A stretch of 64,000 nucleotides of DNA from Dictyostelium discoideum (lineage: Eukaryota): contig CM000153.2 in the NCBI GenBank assembly GCA_000004695.1, positions 3,232,001 to 3,296,000 of the forward strand. The letters are read 5' to 3'. The position numbers were made by a program, and so were the translations under genes. Shown one piece after another: positions 38,785 through 51,530 of this stretch. The notes beneath the pieces were generated by a model. That model saw only the letters and a list, made by a program, of their open reading frames with translations, was not told where the DNA came from and did no database searches. Position 1 is the stretch's first letter. Each line of letters opens with the position of its first letter.

Positions 38785-39141
38785 ATGACAATTATAAGTA
38801 TGTACAATTAAAAAATGTTTTAATCAAAACATGTATGAATTTTTTTTTTTTTAATAGATTGACTAATCTATTATCTTTTATTTTTTTTTTTTTTATAATT
38901 TTTTATAATTTTTTAATTTTGTTATATTTTAGATAGTTTACAATCATTCTTAAATTTTAAAAAAACCAATAATATAAATTGTTCATCATCCCTTTATATA
39001 GATTGTAAAAATAATAATATTGGTTATAGTAATAATAATAATAATAATAAAATATATGGAACAAATTTTATAGCTGGTTTCGATATATGGATAATTGATA
39101 ATGGTAAAACTTTTGAACCAAATGCAGGACTTAAATTGTAA
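38785..39141 (+). CDS. Candidate unannotated small spliced gene of about 73 aa. Exons 38785..38797 and 38933..39141.
   Basis: aaaaATGACAATTATAA|GTATGT (ATG immediately followed by a canonical donor, phase 1) joins the acceptor gttatattttag at 38931/32. This gives MTII-N-SLQSFLNFKKTNNINCSSSLYIDCKNNNIGYSNNNNNNKIYGTNFIAGFDIWIIDNGKTFEPNAGLKL*. The open frame of 74 codons is unusually long for 80% AT DNA, and the sequence is non-repetitive and protein-like. There is no homology call. Confidence 0.3.
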
Positions 39142-39277
39142 TTCTAATTAATTGTTATATTATAAATTTTTAAAAAAAAAAATGTCATTTTAGAATAAAG
39201 AAAAAAAATAATTTTTTAAACATATATTTTAAATAAATAAAATATATCTACCCCAAAAAAAAAAAAAAAAAAAAAAA

Positions 39278-39321
<44 letters not shown>

Positions 39322-39862
39322 AAAAAGATATAAATAAAAATAAAACAAATAATAAAAAAAAAGGTAATTCTTTTTTTTTAAATATTATAAATTTACAAAA
39401 TATAAAATTACTTGTTTTTTTTGTTTTTAATTAATCCTTTTTTTTTTATATATAGTTTTTTAATTTAAGTATTTTTAAAAGATTGTGTTTTTGGACGTTG
39501 TGAAATGTAATTATTATGTTTTTGATGTTACTCACCTGCAATATGAAATTGAACATAGCCAAATTACATAAACATATAGATTGGCTAACAAATAATAATA
39601 ACCAACCAAATACTTTGAATTTTTCAATCTGATTTTATTTTATTTTTTTAAAATATTACAAAAATTATAATGAATTGTTTTTTATTTTTTTTATTTTTTT
39701 TATTTTTTTTTAACATGTCACTAGTTATTTTTTTAATCCATATAATTTTATTTCAATACAAAAATAAGTTTTGTCAAACCACCATATTTTAACACAAAAA
39801 AAAAAAAAAAAAAGAAAAAAAAAGAAATAAATATTAAAAAGAAGATAGTTTTTATTATAGTT

Positions 39863-40183
39863 TTAATCAAATTGAGTTGTACAATTTATCATTGATTTAA
39901 TTTCAGGTGATAATTTAGATTTATTATATGATGGTGATAAAGATAAATGAATAACAGATGTTGGTATATTATCAATAGATAAATCTTGAGAAAAATCTTT
40001 TGAAAATGTGATTGAAGTTACAGAATTTGGGAATGTATTTGGAAGTATTTTTTGATTGAATGAATTTTTAAATTTTATAGTTGAAATTCCGTATGGAAGT
40101 GCTCCAGCTTCAATAATTGAATTAAATTCTGACCCAAATATTAAAATTCTAAGACAACTTTTTTTATTCTGATCGTCATTAGT

Positions 40184-40220
<37 letters not shown>

Positions 40221-42196
40221 AGATTAAAATTTGATAGTTGCTGATTAAATGAATCTGAAAATTTTAATTCATAAACTGATGATGGTATTGAACTTTTATC
40301 TAATTTTTTATTAAAATTTGAACCTAAATCTAAAAAAGTTAAACTATTTGGTAAAATTCCATTGGGTAGAGGATGGTTATATTCTTTTGATAGTTTTAAT
40401 GTTGTCACACCAAATGGAATAGAACCTTTCAATAAAGGATGATTAAATGTTTGACCAAGTTGTAAATAAGTACAAGTTGAAGGAATAACACCGGGTAATA
40501 ACACTTGATTAAAACATTTACCAAAATCAATTCTTTTCAATGATGAATTTAATGGAAATGAATTTAAATCTAATTCTCTATTAAAATGAAAACCAAATTT
40601 TAAAGATTTTAAAGATTTTAAATTTAAAAAACTCTTTGAAATTAATTGATTAAATTTAAAACCACAATATAATGATTCAAGATTATCAGGTAGTCCATTT
40701 TCTTCAATGATTTGATTAAATGTTGAACCGAATTCAATTAAAGTTACATTTTTAGGGAAAGTATCAACTTTTATTGATTTATTACCATTATTAAATTTTT
40801 GACCAAATATAATTGATTTTAATGATATTGGTAATATTGAAATTAAACCTTCTTCTTTTTTTATATCATTCTTAAATTGAATTAAATATTGATCGAATGA
40901 AATACCAAATTCAATATGTTCAACAGTTTGAGGAATACTATTATAATATAAAGTTTGATTAAATGATTCACCAAATGTAATTGATTTTAATGATAAAGGT
41001 AAAATTGAGGGTAGAATAAGTCGATTAAATGATTTACCAAAACTAATTGAATTTAATGTTATTAATGAACTTAAAATAGTAGAATAATTTAAAGGTTGGT
41101 TCCAATCATCACCAAAAATTAAAACTTGTAATGATGTTGGTAGTGTAGATTTCTCAATTGGATAATTAAATTTATTTGATAAACGTAATATCTTTAATTC
41201 TTGTGGTAGTAAATTTAATGGTATTGGATGATTCCAATCACAACCTAAATCTAATTCTGTTAACGATTCACTTAATGAGTATGGATTTAATGGTTTATTA
41301 AAATTTAAACCCATTTTTAAAGTTAAAAGATTTGGACATAAACATTGTAATTGGGAATCATCAATCGGTTGATTAAAATTTCTACCAAATTGAAGATATT
41401 CTAAATCCTCTGGAAGATTTATTAATTCACTATTAAATTCATTACCAAATATAATCCTTTTTACATTTACTGGCCACTCAATTAAATGTAATGGTTGATT
41501 AAATTTAAAATTGAATATCATTGATGTTAAACTTGTAGGAAATTGGTCACTTTTGAATGGTTCATTAAAAAATGGACCAAATTCAATGGTTTCAATAAAA
41601 GAGTTTCTTAAAACTTTTACACTATGTCCTGATAAAATTTCATTTGAATTTATGAATATCCTTTTAAGAGTGATTGGTATTGAACCAATTTGAAAATTTT
41701 CTAAACCAATATCTGTATTTAATGTTAATTTAGTTAGTGATTCACCTAATGCTCCTTTTTCAACCATTGATTTAAATTTACCACCAATTTGTAATGTTAA
41801 TACTTGTGATGGTATTATACCCTTTATTAATGTACTTGTTGAATCAATAATATAAATAGAGGTTAACCATTCCCTATATTCATAATTTAATAATGATTCA
41901 ACCGTAAATTCTCTCTTTTCATTAAAAACTTTTTCATATAAAACAAGATTTTCTAAAATTGTATATTTTAAATAATTATTTCTCCAAATTTTAAAAAATA
42001 AAAAACTATTATCAATTTCATCTTCTTTATTTAAAAAAAATTTTTTTTTTTTAATTTTATTTCTATTTTTATTAATATTATAATTATTATTATTTGAATT
42101 ATTATTATTATTACTATTAAAACCTGGATTATTTAAAGGAATAAAGGTATTTTTTTCAATTGGTTTTTTTTTATAAATTTTACAAAAAAAAAACAT
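39863..42196 (-). CDS. FNIP-repeat-containing protein, 777 aa, single exon.
   Basis: More than 15 tandem about 22-aa units carry the FNIP signature. Examples are LKFGFHFNRELDLNSFPLNSSLKRIDFGKCFNQVL, LQFGRNFNQPIDDS, LKMGLNFNKPL and FGESFNQTL. There is also an internal poly-Asp tract (DDDDDDDDDDDE) and an N-terminal poly-N region. Confidence 0.8.
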
Positions 42197-42241
42197 TGGT
42201 TTTAAAAAGACCCTTTGGTGATTTGATTTTTTAAAAGATCT

Positions 42242-42314
<73 letters not shown>

Positions 42315-42351
42315 CATTTTTTATTTTTTAATTTAATTTACAAACTTTAAG

Positions 42352-42782
42352 ATGTTGACAAAGATATTAAATAATTTTAAATCTATTAATATAAGGTTTT
42401 TTACAAGACCAGGTTGTTCATTATGTCAGTCTGCCAAAGAAATAATATACCCAGCAGTTGAGGAAGATGTAATTTTCTAAATAAAAAAAAAAAAAAAAAA
42501 ATATATATATATAAAAATCACGTAAATATATTATTTACATTTTTATTTTTTTATTTTTTATTTTTAATTTAGTTTCCAACAAATAGATTCACAATTGAAG
42601 AAATTGATATTGATAAAGAAAATAATAAACAATATTTTGATAAATTTAAAAATGATGTACCAGTTGGTATGATTGATCAAAAAATTATATTTAAACATAG
42701 AATAGATGAAGATAAATTATATTATGATTTAGAAACAATTTTAAGACAACAAATTAAAAAAGAAAAAGAAGAAAAAGAATAA
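42352..42782 (+). CDS. Glutaredoxin-like protein of the DUF836 / C5orf63 (GLRXL) family. Exons 42352..42468 and 42573..42782.
   Basis: MLTKILNNFKSINIRFFTRPGCSLCQSAKEIIYPAVEED|FPTNRFTIEEIDIDKENNKQYFDKFKNDVPVGMIDQKIIFKHRIDEDKLYYDLETIL.. matches the C5orf63 pattern (LTLFTKDPCPLCDEAKEVL..; ILQEVDIT..YERYKFDIPVFHLNGQFLMMHRV). The intron has a GAT|GTAATT donor and a ttaatttag acceptor. The lengths 117 + 210 nt are in frame. Confidence 0.7.
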
Positions 42783-42944
42783 AAATAAAATTAAAAAATA
42801 AAATAACACACACACTGCTATCAAAATTTTTAATTTATTTATATACATTTTTTTTTTTTTTTTTATATGTTTTTTTTTTTGTATCGATTTATATTTTTTA
42901 TTTTTTTATTTTTTTTTTAAATAAACCAACAACAATAATTATTG

Positions 42945-43601
<657 letters not shown>

Positions 43602-43706
43602 ATTTCTGATATTGTATTTATAGTGTTGAAATGAAATGCTTTTTGGTTGAAAATATGAAAATGAAAAAAAAAAATAAAATAAAAAAAAAAAAAAAAAAAG
43701 ATTTTG

Positions 43707-43740
<34 letters not shown>

Positions 43741-43859
43741 AAGAATTAAAATGACATAGTGATTATTACATGTAAAAATTTTCAAAAAAAATAAAATAAA
43801 AGACATCAACAAAATACTAATTATTTGGAAAGATTTTATAAAAAACTACATGGTCATGA

Positions 43860-44240
43860 CATGAAGCAAATGATTTGCGTACACCGTACAAGATGCAAAC
43901 AATATCAAAAAGTTGGAAATTAGTTTACCGCTACCACCACCAGAGAATTCAGAGTTTGAAACTTGTTAAGAAAGTGATAAAGATGGTGCTATGGTTTCCG
44001 TTGTCTCTCATAAAAATTTTGATGGTTGATGCACCTTCTCAAGCCCTACTGTTTCAATCAATCAAAAAAAGCAGGTATCTTTTAGATAATTAATTCAACA
44101 TTGAATATAAAAGAGATAAATTTAGCATATTGTTTTTTATTTTAAGGGGATAGGCCCCATTTTCAAAAAATGGCGGGGAACCTATGACCCTGTGTAAACC
44201 AAAGAATTCATTTAGTTTTTTGATTTAAAAATTAAAAAGA
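43860..44240. other. Moderately GC-rich island of about 380 bp with no convincing ORF. It contains GGGGATAGGCCCCATTTTCAAAAAATGGCGGGGAACCTATGACCCTGTGTAAACC. It may be a TE remnant or an ncRNA.
   Basis: Composition differs from the flanks. The 77-codon ORF 43875..44093 has no recognisable domain. The motif CCCTGT(G)TAA recurs in the 18350-18500 element. Confidence 0.25.
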
Positions 44241-45200
44241 ATAATAAAAAAAATAAAAATAAAATAAATAAAAAAAAGGTAATAACTATTTAATTAAATT
44301 ATTTATTCTGTCCTCTCATTTATCTTTTTTTTTAAAAAATAAAATTAGTAAACGAAAATAAAAAATCAATTTATTCCCTATTTGTTCATCAATATATATT
44401 TATATAAAATTTATTCCCTACTTGTTCTCCAAAATAAAAAAACAATTACAAAAAATGAATAATTAAATTCCTAAAATTTTTGGTTGAATATTCGAGTTTT
44501 ACGATTTCCCGAGGATTTAATATTAAAAAAAAAAAACAATTCATGACCAGCCCTAATCATAAAAAAACCACTAAAACATGCAAAGATTGGAAAAAAAAAA
44601 AAATAAAAATAAAAAAAAAAAACAAAATTAAAATAAATAAATAAAAGACACTTTCATTATAATTATAATTTTATTTTATTTTTTTTTATTTTGTTTTTTA
44701 ATTTTAATTTTTAGATATTGATAAAAACACAAAAGAAAAAAAAAAAAAATATTTTCGTTTTTATTTTCTTTTATTTTTTTTTTTAGTATTATTTAAAAAA
44801 AAAAAAAAAAATAATTTGTTTTATTTTTTTAATTTTTTTTTTTATTTTTGTTTTTTTTTTTCATTTTTTATTTATTTTTTTTTATTCACTATCTATTATG
44901 AATAGCAGAAATTATTCGATTGAAACCTCTTCAAATAAAATAATATACTTTTTTTTATTTTTTTTTTATTTAATTATTTTTTTTTTTAATTTCAAAAAAT
45001 AAAATATCCTCTCGTTGTTCTTCAAAATAAAAAATAAAATATAAAAAAAATAAATAAAAAAAATAATAATAATAAATAAAAAAATAAAAACTTTATTTAA
45101 TTTTATTTAATTTTTTTTTTTTTTTTTTTTTTCAACCAAAAACTAAATTTGTTTTTTATATTAAGACTGACTTAAATTGAGATTATTTTTATGGAAATAA

Positions 45201-45828
45201 TTATTCAGTTGGATAAATTTCAAAATATTCAATGGCATACTTATGATGAATGATTTATTTTTAAATTAGTACAACTTTTTTTAATCAATGTAAAAATAGT
45301 GAATAATATAATTATTATAACTTACTTTTCTAAGTTCTTCACGTGTAATACATTTGTCATCATCAGAATCCACATCTTCAAACATTGAGTTGGCCAAGAC
45401 TTTAGCTTGAGCTTCATTTGAACCACAAGTAACGAAAAATTGTCTGGCCTCATCCCAAGTAATTTTATTATCTTTATTTGAATCAGCCTATAAAATTTTA
45501 TTTATTTTTTTATTTTTAAAAATATTAAATTTCAATTACTATGTTTTTATGGGAAAGATTAATATTTATATATTTAATATATATATATTACATTAAAAAT
45601 AGTATCAACGAATTTTTTTAAACAATCTTCAGCTTTAATAATATAATCTACAAGTAATGCAGCTTTAACTTCATTAACCGAAAGTTTTCCATCTTTGTCA
45701 TGATCAAATAGTTCAAATAATGAATTGGTTGCCAAAGTTGGGTTTGGGTATTTGCATTTCTTGTACATGTCATTAATTTCTTTCTTTGAAAATTGGTTAT
45801 CACCATTTTTATCAAATGATTTAATCAT
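45201..45828 (-). CDS. EF-hand calcium-binding protein, calmodulin-like. Exons 45828..45592, 45487..45326, 45239..45201.
   Basis: The EF loops are [36 protein letters not shown] and [14 protein letters not shown]. Donors are AAT|GTAATA and AAA|GTAAGT. Acceptors are ttttatag and catcataag. Exon lengths 237 and 162 are in frame. The short last exon, [12 protein letters not shown], is the least certain part. Confidence 0.55.
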
Positions 45829-46322
45829 TTCATTCTTTAATTTAAAAATATAAAATAAATTTTTTTTTTTTTTTTTTTTTTTTTTAAACGGTTCTTATAT
45901 TTTTAAGAACCCACACCAAAAATAAAAAATATTATAATTCCCATTTTTTTTTTTTTTATTTAAATTATTTTTTCCAAATTATATTCATTTTCTAATTTTT
46001 TACCCATTTAAAACAGTTTTCAAATAAGGTAAGAGTGTTTAAACTTTTTTTTTTTTTTATTTTTTTTTTTTTTATTTTTTTTATTTCCTTATATTGATTT
46101 TGTTTTTTTAAATTTAATTATTATTTTTTTTACAAATTGATTTTTTTTATTATTTTATTTATAATTATGTTGAATTTATGATTTTATATAATTTTATAAT
46201 AACAATCTTAACTTCAACACTTTAAATCTAAGCACAAAACCCAAAGTTAGAACTCCAGCTACCTAACAGTTATATATATATTAAAAAAAAAAATAATTAG
46301 AATTTAATTATTAATATAAATA

Positions 46323-46733
46323 TTATATAGATATATTATATTTTTTGATCAAAAAAAAAATAATAATAATAGTAATAATAATAATAATAATAAAATATAT
46401 GATACATACTAAAATCTCTTTTGAACTTATTACTCTTAAAAATACAGATACTAAATATTGAACTCTATTTGAATTTTCTAAATTCTCTTCCACTATTGGT
46501 TTAAATCCTTTGATTTTAAATGCTAATAGTCTACCATCAAAATTTGGTTGTGCAACTGATGATTCCAATACAATATAAGGTATGTAAAATATTGTTGGCT
46601 CATCATTTTTAGTTTCTTCACCATTATAACTAAAAATTTCAAAGTTATCAACACTGATTCCATAAATTCTCAAAAATGCAAGACTTACAAAGTTATCAAC
46701 ACTATTTGTCATTAAAACTGAACTCAGTTGCAA
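46323..46733 (-). CDS. Low-confidence hypothetical ORF. It has a possible GTATGT donor after ..SSKEIL and a short hydrophobic terminal exon around 46264..46199.
   Basis: The 136-codon ORF has a protein-like middle (PTIFYIPYIVLESSVAQPNFDGRLLAFKIKGFKPIVEENLENSNRVQYLVSVFLRV). Its first 35 codons are read across two copies of the 23-bp tandem motif (SVDNFVSL / ISVDNFEIF). The true start is therefore doubtful. Confidence 0.25.
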   Translation of the reverse strand: MQLSSVLMTNSVDNFVSLAFLRIYGISVDNFEIFSYNGEETKNDEPTIFYIPYIVLESSVAQPNFDGRLLAFKIKGFKPIVEENLENSNRVQYLVSVFLRVISSKEILVCIIYFIIIIIITIIIIFFLIKKYNISI

Positions 46734-46908
46734 ATTTCATTTAACCAAAAACATACAAAGTTATCAACACTATTTGTCATTAAAACTGTACTGAGTTTGT
46801 TTCAAATTTCAATTTACAAAAGACATACAAAGTTATCAACACTATTTGCCCAATTTGTAAATTTAAGGGAAAGGGACACACAAAGTTATCAACACTATTT
46901 GTCCTTTG
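46686..46908. repeat. Four tandem copies, with a period of about 53-72 bp, of the conserved 23-bp motif ACAAAGTTATCAACACTATTTG(T/C)C. Its reverse complement, GTTGATAACTT, contains a GATA-type core TGATAA.
   Basis: Motif starts are at 46688, 46756, 46828 and 46881. Copies 1 and 2 share an about 60-bp extended unit (..cattaaaactg(a/t)act(c/g)agtt..). The array overlaps the 5' end of ORF 46323..46733 on the minus strand. Confidence 0.7.
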
Positions 46909-47051
46909 AAAAAAAAATTAATTTCTAAATTAAATAAAATAAAGTTAAAGTTTTCATTTAAAGTTTAAATTTTTTATTTTTTTATTTTTATTTACATTAT
47001 TTATTTATACAATTATATTTTTATTTTTATTTATACAATTTTATTTTTATT

Positions 47052-47333
47052 TTACAAGTAGATAGTTGAATATTCATCGTCATCGTAATAAAGGTCAGAA
47101 TCATATGTTGATTCAACACTTGACAAACTATTTATAGAATCTGATAGAGATTGTATTGTTGTTTTAAATGATAAATTATCCTTTCTTAATAATTCCATTT
47201 CTAATTTTAATTTTTTAATTTCTTGAAAAATTTTATCCTCTTGTTTTTCATTATTTTCTTTCATTGAATCAATTTCTTTATTAATAGAATGGAAATCATT
47301 TTTTAAAGATGTGATTACTTCTTTTAATGACAT
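47052..47333 (-). CDS. Possible small coiled-coil protein of 93 aa. Hypothetical.
   Basis: The ORF from ATG 47333 encodes MSLKEVITSLKNDFHSINKEIDSMKENNEKQEDKIFQEIKKLKLEMELLRKDNLSFKTTIQSLSDSINSLSSVESTYDSDLYYDDDEYSTIYL*. This is a heptad-like, charged and non-repetitive composition. It is flanked by (AAT)n and (ATTT)n repeats. There is no homology call. Confidence 0.3.
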   Translation of the reverse strand: MSLKEVITSLKNDFHSINKEIDSMKENNEKQEDKIFQEIKKLKLEMELLRKDNLSFKTTIQSLSDSINSLSSVESTYDSDLYYDDDEYSTIYL

Positions 47334-47355
47334 TATTATTATTATTATAATTATA

Positions 47356-47454
<99 letters not shown>

Positions 47455-47502
47455 GTATAATTTTTTTTATTTATTTATTTTTATTTATTTATTTATTTTT
47501 TT

Positions 47503-47533
<31 letters not shown>

Positions 47534-47816
47534 CAAATTTTAAAATAATAATACAACATGTAACTTTTTTAAGAGTTATTTTTATTTTACAAAATTATTG
47601 AAAAAAAAAAAAAAAACCAACAAAAAAAAAAATAAGAAAAAAAAATAAAATAATAATAAAATGAAATCACTGAATTGTTTCAAATTATTTTTAAAAAAAA
47701 CCCCTACGGTTTTTATTATAATCATTTTGATCAAAATTTTTTTTTTTTTTTTTTTTTTGGAAGTAAAAAACAATAATAATACAACAGAATTGATTTAAAA
47801 TAATCTCTTTTTAAAT

Positions 47817-49308
47817 TTAAAATTTATCAAGATTTTTAATTCTGCCACCCATTTGAATATCAACAGTGGAACCTTGAGGTCTTAATTCAATGTTATTTGT
47901 ATTTTTTTTTGAATTTCCATTCTTCTTCTTTTTAATTAAAACAATGGCAACAACAATAATTGCAATTAGTGCAAGACCACCTAGAATTGGACCAATGATA
48001 ACACCAATATTTGTTTTCTTTTTATTTTCAGAACCACAATCATCGCCATCATAATCTTCAACACATTGGCATTGACCAACTGTAGTATTACATAAACCAC
48101 CATTAAAACATGAAACTGAACAACTAACACCACTACAATCTATACCTTCATAACCTTGAGTGCATGAACATTCACCAACTGTTGTATTACATGAACCACC
48201 ATTTAAACATTGTGGAACTGTACAATCCTTTGTACCACAATTATCACCATAAAAGTCATTAATACATTGACATTGACCAACTGTTGTATTACATGAACCA
48301 CCATTTAAACATGAAACTGAACAACCAATACCACTACAATCTATACCTTCATAACCTTGAGTGCATGAACATTCACCAACTGTAGTATTACATGAACCAC
48401 CATTTAAACATTGTGGAACTGTACAATCCTTTGTATCACAATCATCACCATAAAAGCCATTTATGCATGAACATTCACCAACTGTTGTATTACATGAACC
48501 ACCATTTAAACATGAAACTGAACAACTAATACCACTGCAATCTACACCTTCATAACCTTGAGGACATGAACATTCACCAACTGTAGTATTACATGAACCA
48601 CTATTTAAACATGAAGCTGAACAACTAATACCACTGCAATCCGTACCTTCATAACCTTGAGCGCACGAACATTCACCAACTGTTGTATTACATGAACCAC
48701 CATTTAAACATTGTGGAACTGTACAATCTTTTAATTCACAATAATCACCATAATGATCATTTATACATTGGCAACCAGTGAGTGGATTACAAGTACCCCC
48801 ATTTAAACATTTTGTATCACAATTTGCATTTGGTTGACCAATGAATTTAATTGATTGTACTTGATTACCATATTTCATTAATATAGTTCTATTAAATAGC
48901 TGAGGTGACAATGAAACTGTTATTTTTGGTAAAACATCATTTGCAATTGATTTACTCTCATCACCAAATAATATTAATTCAATTCTAACTCTTGTATTAT
49001 TATTAAATGTTATTGAATATATTGAACTATCGAAACTAGGATCAATAATAAATTGATCTTCATTTGCTGGATTTTCAATTGTTAATGTAACAATTCTAAT
49101 TGCGCATTGTCCAACTTCTGAATTAATATTATTTTCAAATAATTTATAAATTGAGTTTGACATTGGATTTGGTTGAAATAATTTACTAATTATTGAAATT
49201 GAACCAATCGAAGTTTGACCATATATTGTATAAATATCTAAATATGAACCTGTTACTAATATAGATGCTGTCTGATAGAATAGAATTATTTAAAAGTTAA
49301 TAATAATG

Positions 49309-49391
<83 letters not shown>

Positions 49392-50948
49392 TGATTTAAT
49401 ATAATATTACTTACAATATCATCAATACCATCAGAGTTATAATCACCAATATCAATAGCCGCAGCATAGCCATTAATTGACATTTTTGAACAATCACCAA
49501 CTTGATCTTTTAAATAAATTGGATTTGAAGCATAATTTTTATTATTACCATACAAAATGGTGAATGGGATGTCAGTGTTACCACTGAATAAAAAATCTGC
49601 AAATCCATCATTATTTATATCCCCCAATCTAGGAGAAAAAGCCCAGCTATAGATGTTGCCAACAACTGCTATAACCAAACCATCCGATGGATTTAGATTT
49701 ATACTTAATGTTGTTGTTGGTGGATATTCTGTTTTACCCAAACCAAAAAAGCTATATAGTCACCCCCCGAAGTAAGTCTTGTAAGAATCTAAAATTATTT
49801 AATAAAATGTAAAAATAAGTATAATAACAATAAAGAATAATAAAGAATAAGAATAATCAAAAAATAATAAAGAATAAATTACACCAAAATCATTTAGTCC
49901 ATCATTATTAAAATCTCCAAAAGCATTTGGATGAACATTATTATTTGTTGTGCAACCTAAAAAGCTGAAACTGGTACCTTTGACACCATCATAAACTGGG
50001 ATATATGGTGAGGTAAAAGGGCCTCTACTACCATAAATAATATCGATTGCTATCTGTCCCCTATTTATCATTATATCACCAATCCCATCATTATTCATAT
50101 CATAAGGATAAGCCGCATATGAATTGAAATTATTAATTAAAAAACCATTACTCCCATTTAATGTTGAAGGGTCAAATTCAAACTGTGAATTAACTTGAAA
50201 TTTACCACCGTTTATACCAAATATCATATATGAAATTGGTGTTCCTGAAGTTGCATAAGTTCCTATACTTGCAGAGACCTAAAAAAAAAAAAAAAAAAAA
50301 AATATGTGTTAATACCCATGTGAATACCCCTTTTAAAAACAAAATAAAAAAATAAAAAAAATCTGTACCTACAAATAAATCTTTAATTGAGTCACCATTG
50401 AAATCAATGATTGATCTTACAAACCCAAATGCAATATTAGAGGACGAAACGTGAGAAATATAGAAACCATTATTACCATTCACTGTCGAAAAAGTAGAAG
50501 GTGATATAATTTGATCAGTACCATAGATAACACAAAGTTTTCCTGGTATAATATGTAAAAAAAGAGCAATATCGTCAAACCCATCATTATTTATATCACC
50601 AACAGCTATATTATTCATTCGAACAGTAGCATTTAAAAAAATAAAACCATTTGAACCGTTGATCTTTGATATGTCTGTTTGAAAATTAAAATTACTTGCT
50701 AATGGCCCATAAAATACATATAGTCCTTCTGAATTTATAGCATATATCAAATCATCATTACCATCACCGTTCAAGTCTCCATGTGCAATTGAAATTAAAC
50801 TTCTGCCTTCTGTTATTAAAAACCCATTTATTGAATTAATTTGAGAAAATGATGTTGGAAAAATTGAAATTACAACATTGAAATTATAATTTAAAATATA
50901 AAATAAAAATAAAATATAAAAAAAGTTTACCTTATATTTTTCTGTCAT
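47817..50948 (-). CDS. Type I membrane adhesion-like protein with an N-terminal FG-GAP (integrin-alpha-like beta-propeller) repeat region, 8 tandem tenascin-type EGF-like repeats, a TM helix and a short cytoplasmic tail. About 4 exons: 50948..50373, 50278..~49885, ~49751..49415, 49271..47817.
   Basis: FG-GAP/Ca-binding loops recur: GDLNGDGNDDLIYA, GDINNDGFDDIAL, DFNGDSIKDLFVG, DMNNDGIGDIMI, GDFNNDGLNDFG, GDINNDGFADFLF and DYNSDGIDDI. These are followed by 8 copies of CxNGGSCNTTVGECSCxQGYEGxDCSGISCSxSCLN, then IGVIIGPILGGLALIAIIVVAIVLI (TM) and KKKKNGNSKKN... Donors are TTT|GTAGGT and ATT|GTAAGT. Acceptors are tttttttttag and ctattctatcag. The exon 2/3 junction only fits in frame with the non-canonical G|GTGTAA donor and the ctatatag acceptor at 49751, so it is uncertain. 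Confidence 0.7.
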
Positions 50949-51530
50949 TTTTTGTTAAAAAGGTAACTTTTTTTTCTGATTTTGAATTTTATCGAAATGT
51001 ATTAAATGCTTTTTTTTTTTTTTTTTTTTAAAAAAAATAAGGTCCGTTTTCTATTTTTTACACAAACGACGGTTTTTTTTTTTTTTGGCGAAAAAGATAT
51101 TTTTAAAAAATAAAATCTTTTATTTTGATTGAATTTTAAAATAATCACATGATAATTTCTTTAAATTTTAATATTTAAAAAAAAAAAAAAAATAAAAAAA
51201 AACAAAACTTTTTAAAATAATCATTTTAATTTTAAAACAAAAAAAAAAAAATTATATATAACTTTTGAAAATAAAAAAATAATTTTTTTTTTAATAAAAC
51301 CAATTCAAAACATTATTTAAATTAAACCAAGATAAAAAATTTTTAAAATAGATTTCAAATTTTTATAAAATAATATCCAACAATTTTTGACATTCGATCG
51401 TTTGCCAGATTTTCAAATAATATTTTTTTTTTTTTTATTTTTTTTTTTTTATTTGTTTTCTAAAAAATTGGAAAATATCTTCATCCATAAAATTTGTTAT
51501 TTGATTAAATTTAATTACAACTTTATTTAT

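Noticed and set aside
44470-44510. tcgagttttacgatttcccgagga as a possible RNA hairpin or tRNA fragment
   Set aside because: The complementarity is weak and there are no flanking conserved boxes.
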